Assembly (NCBI GenBank): GCA_964637665.1
Contig: CAZWUX010000004.1
Coordinates: 3,080-41,185 of the forward strand
Direction: 5' to 3'
Origin: an uncultured Anaerolineae bacterium
Lineage (GTDB): Bacteria; Chloroflexota; Anaerolineae; Aggregatilineales; UBA3940
DNA length: 38,106 bases
A program made the translations under genes and the position numbers. The notes under the pieces are model-generated. The model was not told the origin of the DNA and did not search any database. It worked only from the letters and a program-made list of their open reading frames with translations. Shown here piece by piece: positions 24,021 to 37,015 of the stretch; the stretch's first letter is position 1, and each line of letters begins with the position of its first letter.

Positions 24021-24050
24021 GGGGGCGCGGCAGATGATCACCGCGCCCCC
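24021..24050. terminator. bidirectional terminator hairpin between the acidic-peptide gene and tpiA
   Basis: GGGGGCGCGG-cagatgatca-CCGCGCCCCC. It is followed by GUCCUUUAU on the plus strand and AUUUUCAC on the minus strand. Confidence 0.6.
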
Positions 24051-24085
24051 GTCCTTTATGGCGTGATCGAGCGCCCGCCCGACTG

Positions 24086-24865
24086 TTACTCCTCCATCCC
24101 CTCCATGACCTCGGCGGTGCCGCGCACGAGTTCGATGAAGCTCTCCGGGTCGAGCGACGCGCCGCCCACCAGCCCGCCGTCGATCTCCGGCTGGGACATC
24201 AGCTCGCGGATGTTCGACGGCTTGCAGCTTCCACCGTACTGGATCACCATGTCCTCGGCCACGTCCTTGCCGTAGAGCTTCGCCAGCGTCCCGCGCACGA
24301 CCTCCCCGATGATCTGGTTAGCCTGCTCCGGCGTGGCGGCGCGGCCCGTGCCGATCGCCCAGATCGGCTCGTAGGCCACGACGATGCCACGCGCCTGCTC
24401 GGCGCTGATGCCGTCGAACGCGGCCCGCACCTGCCCGCTGACCCAGGACTCCGTCTCGCCCGCCTCGTTCTGCTCCAGGCTCTCGCCCACCGCCACGATG
24501 GGCTTGATGCCGTGCGCCAGCGCGGCTTTCAGCTTCTTGTTGACCGTCTCGTCCGTCTCTCCGAAGTACTGGCGGCGCTCCGAGTGCCCGATGATCACGA
24601 GGTCGGCCACCCCTTTCAACATCAATGGGGAAACCTCGCCCGTGTAGGCCCCCGCTTCCTCCCAGTACATATTCTGCGCGCCGACCATGACCTCGCTGTC
24701 CGCCAGTACGTCCGACAGGGCGGGCAGCGCCACGAACGAGGCGCAGACTGCCTTGTCCACCCCTTCGATCTCGGCCAGCGGGCCTTTCACCGCGTTGGCG
24801 AAGGCCACCGCCTCGTCGATGGTCTTATGCATTTTCCAGTTTCCGGCCAGGAACGGTGTCCGCAT
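24086..24865 (-). CDS. tpiA: triosephosphate isomerase
   Basis: Motifs AGNWKMH, IIGHSERR, AYEPIWAIGTG and GGASL. Start set at ATG 24865 (MRTPFLAGNWKMH) with SD AAGGAG; the track ORF is over-extended to 25069. Confidence 0.92.
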   Translation of the reverse strand: MRTPFLAGNWKMHKTIDEAVAFANAVKGPLAEIEGVDKAVCASFVALPALSDVLADSEVMVGAQNMYWEEAGAYTGEVSPLMLKGVADLVIIGHSERRQYFGETDETVNKKLKAALAHGIKPIVAVGESLEQNEAGETESWVSGQVRAAFDGISAEQARGIVVAYEPIWAIGTGRAATPEQANQIIGEVVRGTLAKLYGKDVAEDMVIQYGGSCKPSNIRELMSQPEIDGGLVGGASLDPESFIELVRGTAEVMEGMEE

Positions 24866-25235
24866 CCCAGACTCCTTATTGCTTAGGGCCGCCGGTGGCG
24901 GCTGATGTGAGTAGTTCAGGGGAAGGCGCGAAGCCGGTACAGCGCTCGCGCCCGTTGGTATGTGCATCCCGGTGTCGTTTTTTTCGCCGCGCTGCGCGGC
25001 GGTCGATGCGCCCATCAATACCCCGGAATGCACCTGCATTGTACCACACTGGCGGCGTCGACCGGGCATATCCGGGCGCGCCGTCCGCCCGTAATCGTGC
25101 CATCCTTCACATGGTACTTAAGTAAGGCGGTACATCTCCCCATTTAGATTTTACCTGTCCTCTCCTACACTTTAAGTGAAGGTGATTACAAACGCAGGGG
25201 CAGATCGAAACTCGCAAAGGGATTTATTCTTTAAG

Positions 25236-25946
25236 ATGCAGCGCTCAACCACCAGAACAAAGACACTCGAACAACCCGACACGACTCCGATGGTGTACGC
25301 GACCATCTTGATAATCCTCGTCGGCCTCGCCGTAGTGGTAACGTTCAACTGGTACAGTCAGCCGGGTCGCAACGCCATGACCGCCTACCTGAGCGGGCAC
25401 GAGGCGCACACGGATCATGACGCCGCCGCGACGACCTATCGCTGGAACAAAACCGACCTGACCTACAGCATCGCCAACTGCCCGCCCTCGCTCGACTGCG
25501 AGGCCGCACGTGAGGCCGTCCGGCAGGCGGCGCAGGCGTGGGCCGACGTGACGGCCCTGACAATAACCGAGGTCCCCGCCGACGGCGACATCGTCGTGAG
25601 CTGGGCCGCCAGCGGCTACGGCAACCGCCACGCCTTCGACGGGCCGGGCGGCAAGGTCGCCCAGACATATTACCCGTATTCTGGCGGGGCCGTCTGGTAC
25701 GACGGCGACATCGTCCTCGACGAATCCGAGAACTGGGTCACCGGGACGCCCACGCAGGGCTTCCCCTACCAGGTCCACCTGGGCACGACCGTCATGCACG
25801 AGATGGGGCACGCCCTCGGCCTGCCTCACAGTTCGGTTCGCAGTTCGCTGATGTGGCCCGTCTACGCCGGGGTGCGCGGATTGGCCCCCTCCGACGTGGC
25901 AAACGCGCAGGCATTATACGGAGCGCCAGCGCTGGTATCTCAGTAG
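25236..25946 (+). CDS. matrixin-like (peptidase M10) zinc metalloprotease with N-terminal membrane anchor/signal
   Basis: HEMGHALGLPHS (HExxHxxGxxH) plus the Met-turn SLMWPVY. N-terminal hydrophobic segment YATILIILVGLAVVVTF. The start is uncertain: 25176 GTG, 25236 ATG or 25290 ATG. Confidence 0.75.
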   Translation: MQRSTTRTKTLEQPDTTPMVYATILIILVGLAVVVTFNWYSQPGRNAMTAYLSGHEAHTDHDAAATTYRWNKTDLTYSIANCPPSLDCEAAREAVRQAAQAWADVTALTITEVPADGDIVVSWAASGYGNRHAFDGPGGKVAQTYYPYSGGAVWYDGDIVLDESENWVTGTPTQGFPYQVHLGTTVMHEMGHALGLPHSSVRSSLMWPVYAGVRGLAPSDVANAQALYGAPALVSQ

Positions 25947-26006
25947 CCCGGAAACGGGCACCGCTGCCTCCTCAGCGGCGGCCATTTCTTCTCCTCCTTT
26001 AGCAAG

Positions 26007-26036
26007 AAGCCCTCCGTTTGCGGGGCGGAGGGCTTC
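26007..26036 (+). terminator. hairpin after the matrixin gene
   Basis: GAAGCCCUCCG-uuugcggg-CGGAGGGCUUC (11 bp). The U-tract is weak. Confidence 0.5.
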
Positions 26037-26057
26037 TCTGCTGTCTGGGCTCTATGG

Positions 26058-26096
26058 ACGGGCGGTGATCATCTCACCGCCCGTTGTTTGTTTTTT
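26058..26096 (+). terminator. intrinsic terminator (plus strand), overlapping the stop codon of the convergent DUF11 gene
   Basis: ACGGGCGGUGA-ucauc-UCACCGCCCGU followed by UGUUUGUUUUUU. Confidence 0.7.
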
Positions 26097-28749
26097 ACAG
26101 GCGGCGCGAGGCGCTCGACCACCGGAAGATCGCCCATCCGACGGTCAGGAACAGCCCGGCGCCCACCACGAAGAGCAGCCACAGGCCGCCCGACGCCACG
26201 TCCAGCGGCGGACGCCCACCGCCGAGCGCGGGCAGTTCCTCCGGGAAGACGTTCACGCAGGCCTCGTTCGACTGCACGTCTCCGACGAAGGCCACGTTGC
26301 ACGAATCGGGCGGCGCCGCGAGGTCGTTCGCGACCGTCTCGACGTTGATCACCGCCGATTCGCCCGGCTCCAGCGTCCCGATGTTCGCCGTGATGCTGTT
26401 GCCAGCCGCCGAGGCGTCGCCCTGGCTGGTCGACACCCGTACCACCTCGAACATCGACGGAACGGTGTCCGTCACGACGACGTTCTCCATCGTCCCGCTC
26501 GTCGGGTTGCTGACGTTGATAGTCCAGATCACCGTCTCGCCGGTCACGGCGTCCTCAGGCGTCACCGACTTGAGCAGCGCCGGATCGGTGATCAGCGCGC
26601 TGCCTGTCGAGGTGTCTGCCGATGGCGAGCTGGACGAGGTGCTGGGCTTATCCTCGTCATCGTCATTATCAGTTGGCGTGCCCGGCGGGTTGATCGTCAC
26701 GTCATCCTGATCGTCCTCACCCGGATCGCCGTTATCGGGCGTCGAGTCGGGGTCAGGTAGATCGCTTGACGTGATCTCCGAGACGTTCGAGACCGGCGGG
26801 GTGACCGCCAGTTCGACCTGAACGGCCAGCGTCTCGGATTGACCAACGGCCAGAGCGCCCACCGTCCACACGCCGGTAGCGGTGTCATAGGAGCCCTGTG
26901 TCGGGCTGGCCGCTGCGACCGTCACGCTGGCATAGTCCGAGTTGGCAGTCGTCAGCGAGTCGTCCGTCACCGTCACGCCGGTCGTGTCGTTCGGGCCGCT
27001 GTTCGTCACCTCGATCATGTAGGTGACCACGTCCCCGACATCCGCAGTCGACGCGCTGACTGACTTGTCGAGCGAGAGGTCCGCCACCGGCTCGCCTTCG
27101 CCCACCACCGTGTCGATGTCGTTATCCGTCTCCGGCGGGTAGTCGTTGCCGAACTCGTCTGTGTAGTCGATGGTCGCCACGTTTTCGAGCAGCGTGCCAC
27201 CGGCCAGACCGGAGTCGACCAGCGCATTGACCGTCACCGTGCCGCTGTTCGCGGCGGCGTTGACGCCGGGCAGGATGATGTTGGGGTAATCGTCGTGGCC
27301 GGTCAGATCGACCTCGACGAGGCCCGATCCGCCGTTGTACGAGCATGTGCCGATCAGCGGCGCGTTGACCGTGCAGCTGTCGAACGTCATGCCGGACGGA
27401 AGCTCGTCCGTGAGTTCGATGGCGTCGCCGGGCAGCGGCAGGGCCGCGCCCACGCCCTCGTTCGTGATCGTGATCGTGTAGCTCGTCGAACCCGGCGAGC
27501 TGACGATCTCCACACCGTCGTCCTTGTCGATGGTGAGCTGCGGCAGGTCAGGCGGCTCGACGAACAGGTCGTAGCCCGGAACCTCAAGCGAGTACTGGTT
27601 GCCGCCGTCGACACAGATTTCCGCGCGCCACACACCGGCGGGTGGGTTGCTCGTCGCATCACCCGTCAGGTCGCCGCCCGGAATGTCGAACGTCTCCAGA
27701 TCGCCGAAGGACGGACGCCCGTATTCGCCGTCGTTCCACGTCGTGTTGCCTGAGCGCGTCCCCTGGATCGCGCCAGCGGGGACCGATCCATCGGCACACG
27801 TGCCCTCGACACCCGGCGGGAAGTAGCACGGGATGCCCGCGCCATAGGACGGCTCGTCGTCCAGGTCGAAGTTGATGACGTAAAGCTGGGGGTCACCTTG
27901 CTCGACGAGCCAGTAGAAGTCCTGGCAGTCGTTCGAGGAGTGCTGGTAAGACAGCGAGCGCAGCCGGACCTGAATCTCGTCTCCGGTGCCGAGGATGCCA
28001 TCCGGGCCGGGGACGAGGTTCGGGGCGTTCTGGCTGTCGACGATGCGCAGCCGCCACGCGTTGTCGTCGTTGTTCAGCCCGAGAAGCTGCTCCACGTCGA
28101 TGCCGTCCACGTCTTCGATCGAGCCGCTCGTCGGCAGCCCGCCGACCTCGGCCTGATCGTTGCCGGTGTAGGTCTCGACGACGTAATCACCGCACGGATA
28201 GGGGTTGTCGACCTCTATCGTCGCGAGGGTATCCCACGCGCCCGCCGAGTCGCCCGGCGAATAGGTGGTCGATGCAACTTCCGCACCGGTCGGGTCGAAC
28301 AGCCAGAAGGTCGTGTCATCATACCAGTTCTGGTCATCCGTGTCGTCGTTGAAGCCGTCGCGCGGCTCGTCGATGCCCGTTGCATCGTCAATGGCCGGGT
28401 CGAAGATGTCGAACGTCCACAAAGTGCCCGGCAGACAGGGTATTGCGACCACCATCTGGTGCGTCGTGTTGTCGCCAAAGCCCTCCGGGTCGCGCCCTTC
28501 CTCATCCGACACCGAGATCGGGTGATTGGTTCGGTAGTCCCCGATGCCCAGCTCGGCGAGCGGGCCGGTCGTCTGGATATAGACCGGTAAGGACTCGTCC
28601 GGGATAGTGAGGTCGGCCATCGCCGCCGGGACGATGACGAACAGGGCTACTAGAATCAGGCCGCCCAGCAGCGATAGGCGGGCGGTCGGCGCTGACCGCT
28701 GGCGTTTGCGGCGCACCTGTGGAACACTAGATCGAAAATGCGCAGGCAT
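26095..28749 (-). CDS. large secreted/cell-surface protein with DUF11 (conserved repeat domain) repeats and a sortase-like C-terminal sorting signal
   Basis: 884 aa with an N-terminal signal/anchor (RKRQRSAPTARLSLLGGLILVALFVIVPAAMA). There are at least three DUF11-type repeats, for example DLSLDKSVSASTADVGDVVTYMIEVTNSGPNDTTGVTVTDD and LLKSVTPEDAVTGETVIWTINVSNPTSGTMENVVVTDTVP. An acidic S/T/D linker is present. The C-terminus is LPALGGG + hydrophobic helix + RWSSASRRL. Confidence 0.8.
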   Translation of the reverse strand: MPAHFRSSVPQVRRKRQRSAPTARLSLLGGLILVALFVIVPAAMADLTIPDESLPVYIQTTGPLAELGIGDYRTNHPISVSDEEGRDPEGFGDNTTHQMVVAIPCLPGTLWTFDIFDPAIDDATGIDEPRDGFNDDTDDQNWYDDTTFWLFDPTGAEVASTTYSPGDSAGAWDTLATIEVDNPYPCGDYVVETYTGNDQAEVGGLPTSGSIEDVDGIDVEQLLGLNNDDNAWRLRIVDSQNAPNLVPGPDGILGTGDEIQVRLRSLSYQHSSNDCQDFYWLVEQGDPQLYVINFDLDDEPSYGAGIPCYFPPGVEGTCADGSVPAGAIQGTRSGNTTWNDGEYGRPSFGDLETFDIPGGDLTGDATSNPPAGVWRAEICVDGGNQYSLEVPGYDLFVEPPDLPQLTIDKDDGVEIVSSPGSTSYTITITNEGVGAALPLPGDAIELTDELPSGMTFDSCTVNAPLIGTCSYNGGSGLVEVDLTGHDDYPNIILPGVNAAANSGTVTVNALVDSGLAGGTLLENVATIDYTDEFGNDYPPETDNDIDTVVGEGEPVADLSLDKSVSASTADVGDVVTYMIEVTNSGPNDTTGVTVTDDSLTTANSDYASVTVAAASPTQGSYDTATGVWTVGALAVGQSETLAVQVELAVTPPVSNVSEITSSDLPDPDSTPDNGDPGEDDQDDVTINPPGTPTDNDDDEDKPSTSSSSPSADTSTGSALITDPALLKSVTPEDAVTGETVIWTINVSNPTSGTMENVVVTDTVPSMFEVVRVSTSQGDASAAGNSITANIGTLEPGESAVINVETVANDLAAPPDSCNVAFVGDVQSNEACVNVFPEELPALGGGRPPLDVASGGLWLLFVVGAGLFLTVGWAIFRWSSASRRL

Positions 28750-28946
28750 AACCTATGACCCCTCTCTAACAAGCGTAGACTGAGCGGGCCAGCTTATCAC
28801 CGGTCAAGGCGTGATAAAGCGTCGTGCTGGCAGGCACAACCGGCTTTAGCTGGCGGAGCGGGATTTTTTTCTGCTTCCTTGTACGGTGTCGTCAGGGAGC
28901 AGCCTGGCAGGTGGGACCAGAGTACTACGACTCTGTTCTTGATGCC

Positions 28947-28975
28947 ATTCTACAGGCGGATCGAGGGAATGTCAA
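28947..28975 (-). promoter_or_regulatory. near-consensus sigma70 promoter for the DUF11 surface-protein gene
   Basis: Reverse strand: TTGACA (28975-70), 17-nt spacer, TAGAAT (28952-47). It lies about 190 nt upstream of ATG 28749. Confidence 0.6.
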
Positions 28976-29053
28976 CGTCGATAAATTTGGCCGGAAATGC
29001 CGAGCATCGGCACACCCTGCTGCGATGCGTCAATTGGCCTGGATAGCGGGTAC

Positions 29054-29734
29054 TTAGATCAGCCGATCTTCGAACCCGTGCCTGCCGATCAGCGGCACGA
29101 ATCGTACGGGCGATAGATCCTCGGTGCGCAGGCCGCTCTCCGTCCGCGTGACCCGCCGCAGCGTTTGCGAGTAGTCGTCCCCCACCGGGATCACGAGCCG
29201 TCCGCCGACCTTCAACTGCCTGATGAGCGGTTCCGGCACGCCCGGCGAGGCCGCCGCGACGAGGATGCCGTCATATGGCGCGGCGCGGGCGTAGCCCAGC
29301 GTGCCATCCCCGACGTGCACGGTCACGTTGTCGTAACCCAGCGCCTTCAGCCGCGCCCGCGCCCCCTCGGCCAGTGTCGGGATGCGCTCGACGCCGATCA
29401 CCTCATCGACGATCTCGGCCAGCACCGCCGTCTGGTAGCCCGACCCCACGCCGATCTCCAGCACCTTATCGCCCGGCTCCGGCTTGAGGAGCTGCGTCAT
29501 ATAGGCCACGATGTATGGCTGGGAGATCGTCTGCCCGGCCCCGATGGGCAGCGGGCCGTCTGCGTAGGCCGATTTTTGCATCTCAGGCGGGATGAAGGCG
29601 TGGCGCGGCACGGTTCGCATCGCCCGCAGGACGTGTTCGTCGGTGATGTTCCGCCGTTCGAGCTGCTGGCGGACCATCCGCTCGCGCGCCTTTGCATGGC
29701 GGTCTTCAGATGGGTCTGGATTGTCGGGGGGCAT
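29054..29734 (-). CDS. pcm: protein-L-isoaspartate O-methyltransferase
   Basis: Motifs RHAFIP, TISQPYIVAYM and SAM motif I VLEIGVGSGYQTAVLA, plus VIPVG. A TATAAT box (29773-68) lies 34 nt upstream of the ATG. Confidence 0.88.
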   Translation of the reverse strand: MPPDNPDPSEDRHAKARERMVRQQLERRNITDEHVLRAMRTVPRHAFIPPEMQKSAYADGPLPIGAGQTISQPYIVAYMTQLLKPEPGDKVLEIGVGSGYQTAVLAEIVDEVIGVERIPTLAEGARARLKALGYDNVTVHVGDGTLGYARAAPYDGILVAAASPGVPEPLIRQLKVGGRLVIPVGDDYSQTLRRVTRTESGLRTEDLSPVRFVPLIGRHGFEDRLI

Positions 29735-29863
29735 GACAGGGCCATCCTCTCATCGCCGTGTTGCTTCATTATAGGCGAGGCAGTCCCCTCGCGAAACCGC
29801 CATCAACCTGAATAATACGTTCTCTCTTGTAGCTCAATCACATGCAGGGTAGCCCTTAAATGC

Positions 29864-29949
29864 AATTGGCGGCGCAGAGCGCCGCCAATTCTACAGGGGT
29901 TCAGGGGCCTGCGGCCCTGACGGGGGTCTGGGGGGCGACGCCCCCCAGA
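29864..29949 (-). terminator. cluster of three GC-rich hairpins immediately after secA
   Basis: Reverse strand, in order: UCUGGGGGGCG/CGCCCCCCAGA (29927-49), CAGGGCC/GGCCCCUG (about 29902-19), and the 12-bp AAUUGGCGGCGC/GCGCCGCCAAUU (29864-90). None has a clean U-tract. Confidence 0.45.
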
Positions 29950-29958
29950 AAATCATTA

Positions 29959-34056
<4,098 letters not shown>

Positions 34057-34272
34057 AGGTCAGTGTCTCTGATCGTTTGAGCGTCAAATGTGGCATCAGG
34101 AAGGTTAAAATCGCCTCGCTGCGCACTCTAAGATTACCGCAGCGGCGGGGGGCTTGCTACCGTCCGCCGCTCGCTTACGATTGTAGTACGTTTGTCCCTC
34201 ATGCTGCTGATTCTATCGCAGCCGCGCAGTCGAAAGGATATACTTAGGTTAATAGAACACTGTTTTTTACCC

Positions 34273-34298
34273 GATTCTAAGATGGATATGTTAGAATC
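34273..34298. promoter_or_regulatory. inverted repeat GATTCTAA-N10-TTAGAATC containing back-to-back TAGAAT -10 boxes (divergent promoters or operator)
   Basis: The plus strand reads TGtTAGAAT (extended -10, 34289-97). The minus strand reads TAGAAT at 34279-74. The repeat lies in the 430-nt lower-GC gap between secA (minus) and the GT39 gene (plus). Confidence 0.45.
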
Positions 34299-34474
34299 TG
34301 AAGTGTAGCTCGCCGCCACAGGTCGCATGTGGGCGAGCAGCAATTTTTGAGAGAGTCTGGCTGTGATGTGTGTGATCGTGGCGAATTGTGACATCAGCAC
34401 CGACCTGAGCGCGCCGGGGCGGGTGGCCGTCTGCGGCATCAACTGATTCGACGCCAATCGAGCACGCTAGCGGA

Positions 34475-34505
34475 ACGAAGGCGGCCTTGCCTTCGTCTCT
34501 TTTTT
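34475..34505 (+). terminator. intrinsic terminator in the leader of the GT39 gene (or 3' end of a ~200-nt RNA)
   Basis: ACGAAGGC-ggccuu-GCCUUCGU followed by CUCUUUUUU. It lies 54 nt upstream of the proposed ATG 34559, and no plus-strand CDS ends here. Confidence 0.65.
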
Positions 34506-34558
34506 ACAGGATTTTGTGGTTCGCTGTTTTTTCGCGTCGAGGAGCGCGTTTTATCGGT

Positions 34559-37015
34559 ATGATGACCCCAATCGAACGACCTGACCGCCGCCTCAGGGCC
34601 GCGCCGTTTGTGTGGCTTTCGGCGGCGGTGGTGCTGGCCGGATACGTACTGCGCATCGTCAACAAGATGGCGATGCCGCTGTACATCGATGAGGCCGTCT
34701 ACACAACCTGGGCGCAGGACGTGCTCCGGGGCGATCCCTTCATCGGGCTGACGCACAACAAGGTGCTCTACCCGATGGTGGTCGCCCTGTTCGACCCCGC
34801 CGGGCCGGAAGGCCCGTTCGTCACACGCTACGTCGCGCTGCTGGCCGGGCTGGTGAGCATCGCCGCGTGCATCGCGCTGGGCCGGGCGCTGGATGGCCGG
34901 GCGAGCGGCCTGTTCTCCGGGGCGCTCTACGCCCTGCTGCCCGTCGCCGTCCTGCACGAGCGCATGGCCCTCACCGACCCGCAGGTGGCGGCCTTCTCGC
35001 TCGTCGCCCTCCTGTTGGCGATCGTTCTCGCCCGCCGCCCACGCTGGCCGGTCGCCGTGCTGCTGGGGCTGACTCTCGCCGGCGCATACCTCACCAAGAT
35101 ATCCGCCGTTCCGATCTTCATGATGCCTTTCGTCGGCGCGCTAATCTTCGCGCGGGGCCGCGCTGGGCGGGTCAGGGCGCTGCTGCTCGCCGCGCTGGCG
35201 GTCGCCATCGGCGCCGGGCTGTCGCACGGCGTGTACGCGCTGGCGGCCAGCCGGGGCGTCGTGCCGATCATTCACAGCGTCGGCCTCGACGATTTCCTCC
35301 TGTTCCGCCTCGGCGATCCGTCGATCATCAACCGGATTTTGCGCGACGTATCCGACTACGCCAAGTTCCTGCGGGACTACGTCGGCCCTGCCGCACTGGT
35401 TTTCGTCGCGCTGGCCGCCGTGTGGATCGCCACCGGTCGGCGGCGCTGGGCGCTTATCTTTCTGTTGATTCCGGGGATCGCGTTCGCCGCTCCCCCGATG
35501 CTCGTGGACAGATACATCGTCCGGCTGCCGCCCCGCTACCTGCTGAGCACGTTCGGGCCACTCATCGTCGCGGTGGGAATCTCGCTCCGGCTGGGGGTCG
35601 ATGCTTTACACCGGCGCTGGCCGGGTGCCGCGCGCTGGGCAGGCGCGGCGGCGCTAGCCCTGATTCTCGCCCCTTATCTGGCCTTCGCCATCCTCCTGAT
35701 CCACGATGCCCGCGGGGCTCCGCTCACTTCGGCGGACCGCGCGATCTACGTCAACCAGGTTTCCGCCGGGTACGGCTACGAAGACGCGGCGCTGACGCTG
35801 CTCGACCGCCAGCGTGAAGGCAACGGCGAGCCGATCACGTTGATCACCATGAAGGGGATACCCGTCCAGGTGTATGCCTATCTGGGGCCGGAGATCGCTC
35901 AGACCGTCGATCTGGCGGAGGGCCTCAACCGCGACGTGCTGGCCCGCGCGCTGGCAGAGGGTTCGGACGCCTATCTCATCGAGGACAACCGCCATCCGCA
36001 GCTCATGGACATCCCGGCGAGCATCCAGTTGTTGTACGTTGGTTCCTACTACCACCGGGATACGTCGCTCAGCCTCTACCATCTGGAGCGCGTGACGGGC
36101 GACCTCGCCCAGCGTGTCTATGACTTCCGCACGCCAGAGGATGTCGAGCTGGCCGCCGATTACGCGGCGGCAGCCGGGGCGATCGCCGCCCACCCCGGCC
36201 CCCGGACGGTGCTTGTGTTCCCGCCCGCCCATGCAGAGGCGGTTGCCGAAGTCGTGCCAGGCCCCGTTGTGCCGCTCGGTATAAACGTCTGGCCCCCGAC
36301 GGAGCGGGCGGCTCAGGTGGCGCTGGGCGAGGCGCTGAACGGCGCGGAGGGTGGGAATATCGACCTGATCGTCGTGGCGGCGGGCAAAACCGATCCGGAC
36401 GGTATGCTGCAGCTGGCCGTGCGGCGCGCCCTCTACCAGACGAACGCCGTGTGGGCCGGATCGACGCGCGTGGACTCGTACGTCGGCGGCCCGGCGGAGC
36501 CGGAGCTAACCGCGCAGGGCGTGACGTTCGAGAACATCATCCATCTGGAACGCGCCGCCGTCATCGACGAGAGCGCCGATCCGGGCGGCGTGGTGCGCGT
36601 CGCGCTCGAATGGCGCACGACCGAGGCGATTGGGGATTCGTTCAAGGTGTTTGCTCACATCATCGGCGCGGACGGGCAGCTCGTCGCCCAGAGCGACTTC
36701 GTGCCGGGCGGCGGCCTGCTGCCGACGACGGCGTGGCAGGCCGGGCAGACCGTGCACGACCGGTTTGCCGTGCGTCTGCCCCCTGACCTGCCGCCGGGGA
36801 ACTACCGCCTGCGCGTGGGGCTGTACCGCCCATCGGACGGTCTGCGGCTGCGCGTGACGGCGGGCGAGCCTGCCGGGCCGGATCACGCCGTGCTGGGGAG
36901 CTTCACCGTCGGCACGCCAGACGAGCGCCGCGAGGCGCTGCTGCTGCTCGACGGGGCGGTTGATCCGTCGAGCGGCCAAGCAGCAACGCAGCTTCCACTC
37001 ACCTCCAATCGCTAG
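34559..37015 (+). CDS. GT-C fold glycosyltransferase, family 39/83-like (ArnT/PMT_2-type) polytopic membrane protein with large C-terminal extracytoplasmic domain
   Basis: The N-terminal ~420 aa is a series of hydrophobic helices. The first loop carries the YIDEAVY (DE) motif typical of ArnT/PMT enzymes. The remaining ~400 aa are soluble. Start set at ATG 34559 (MMTPIERP...); the track ORF starts at an upstream TTG that overlaps the terminator. Confidence 0.7.
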   Translation: MMTPIERPDRRLRAAPFVWLSAAVVLAGYVLRIVNKMAMPLYIDEAVYTTWAQDVLRGDPFIGLTHNKVLYPMVVALFDPAGPEGPFVTRYVALLAGLVSIAACIALGRALDGRASGLFSGALYALLPVAVLHERMALTDPQVAAFSLVALLLAIVLARRPRWPVAVLLGLTLAGAYLTKISAVPIFMMPFVGALIFARGRAGRVRALLLAALAVAIGAGLSHGVYALAASRGVVPIIHSVGLDDFLLFRLGDPSIINRILRDVSDYAKFLRDYVGPAALVFVALAAVWIATGRRRWALIFLLIPGIAFAAPPMLVDRYIVRLPPRYLLSTFGPLIVAVGISLRLGVDALHRRWPGAARWAGAAALALILAPYLAFAILLIHDARGAPLTSADRAIYVNQVSAGYGYEDAALTLLDRQREGNGEPITLITMKGIPVQVYAYLGPEIAQTVDLAEGLNRDVLARALAEGSDAYLIEDNRHPQLMDIPASIQLLYVGSYYHRDTSLSLYHLERVTGDLAQRVYDFRTPEDVELAADYAAAAGAIAAHPGPRTVLVFPPAHAEAVAEVVPGPVVPLGINVWPPTERAAQVALGEALNGAEGGNIDLIVVAAGKTDPDGMLQLAVRRALYQTNAVWAGSTRVDSYVGGPAEPELTAQGVTFENIIHLERAAVIDESADPGGVVRVALEWRTTEAIGDSFKVFAHIIGADGQLVAQSDFVPGGGLLPTTAWQAGQTVHDRFAVRLPPDLPPGNYRLRVGLYRPSDGLRLRVTAGEPAGPDHAVLGSFTVGTPDERREALLLLDGAVDPSSGQAATQLPLTSNR

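Noticed and set aside
34134-34457. 107-aa minus-strand ORF in the secA/GT39 gap.
   Set aside because: The region is lower in GC and carries promoter-like and terminator-like elements. The translation has no features and there is no SD. The region is more likely 5' UTR or ncRNA.
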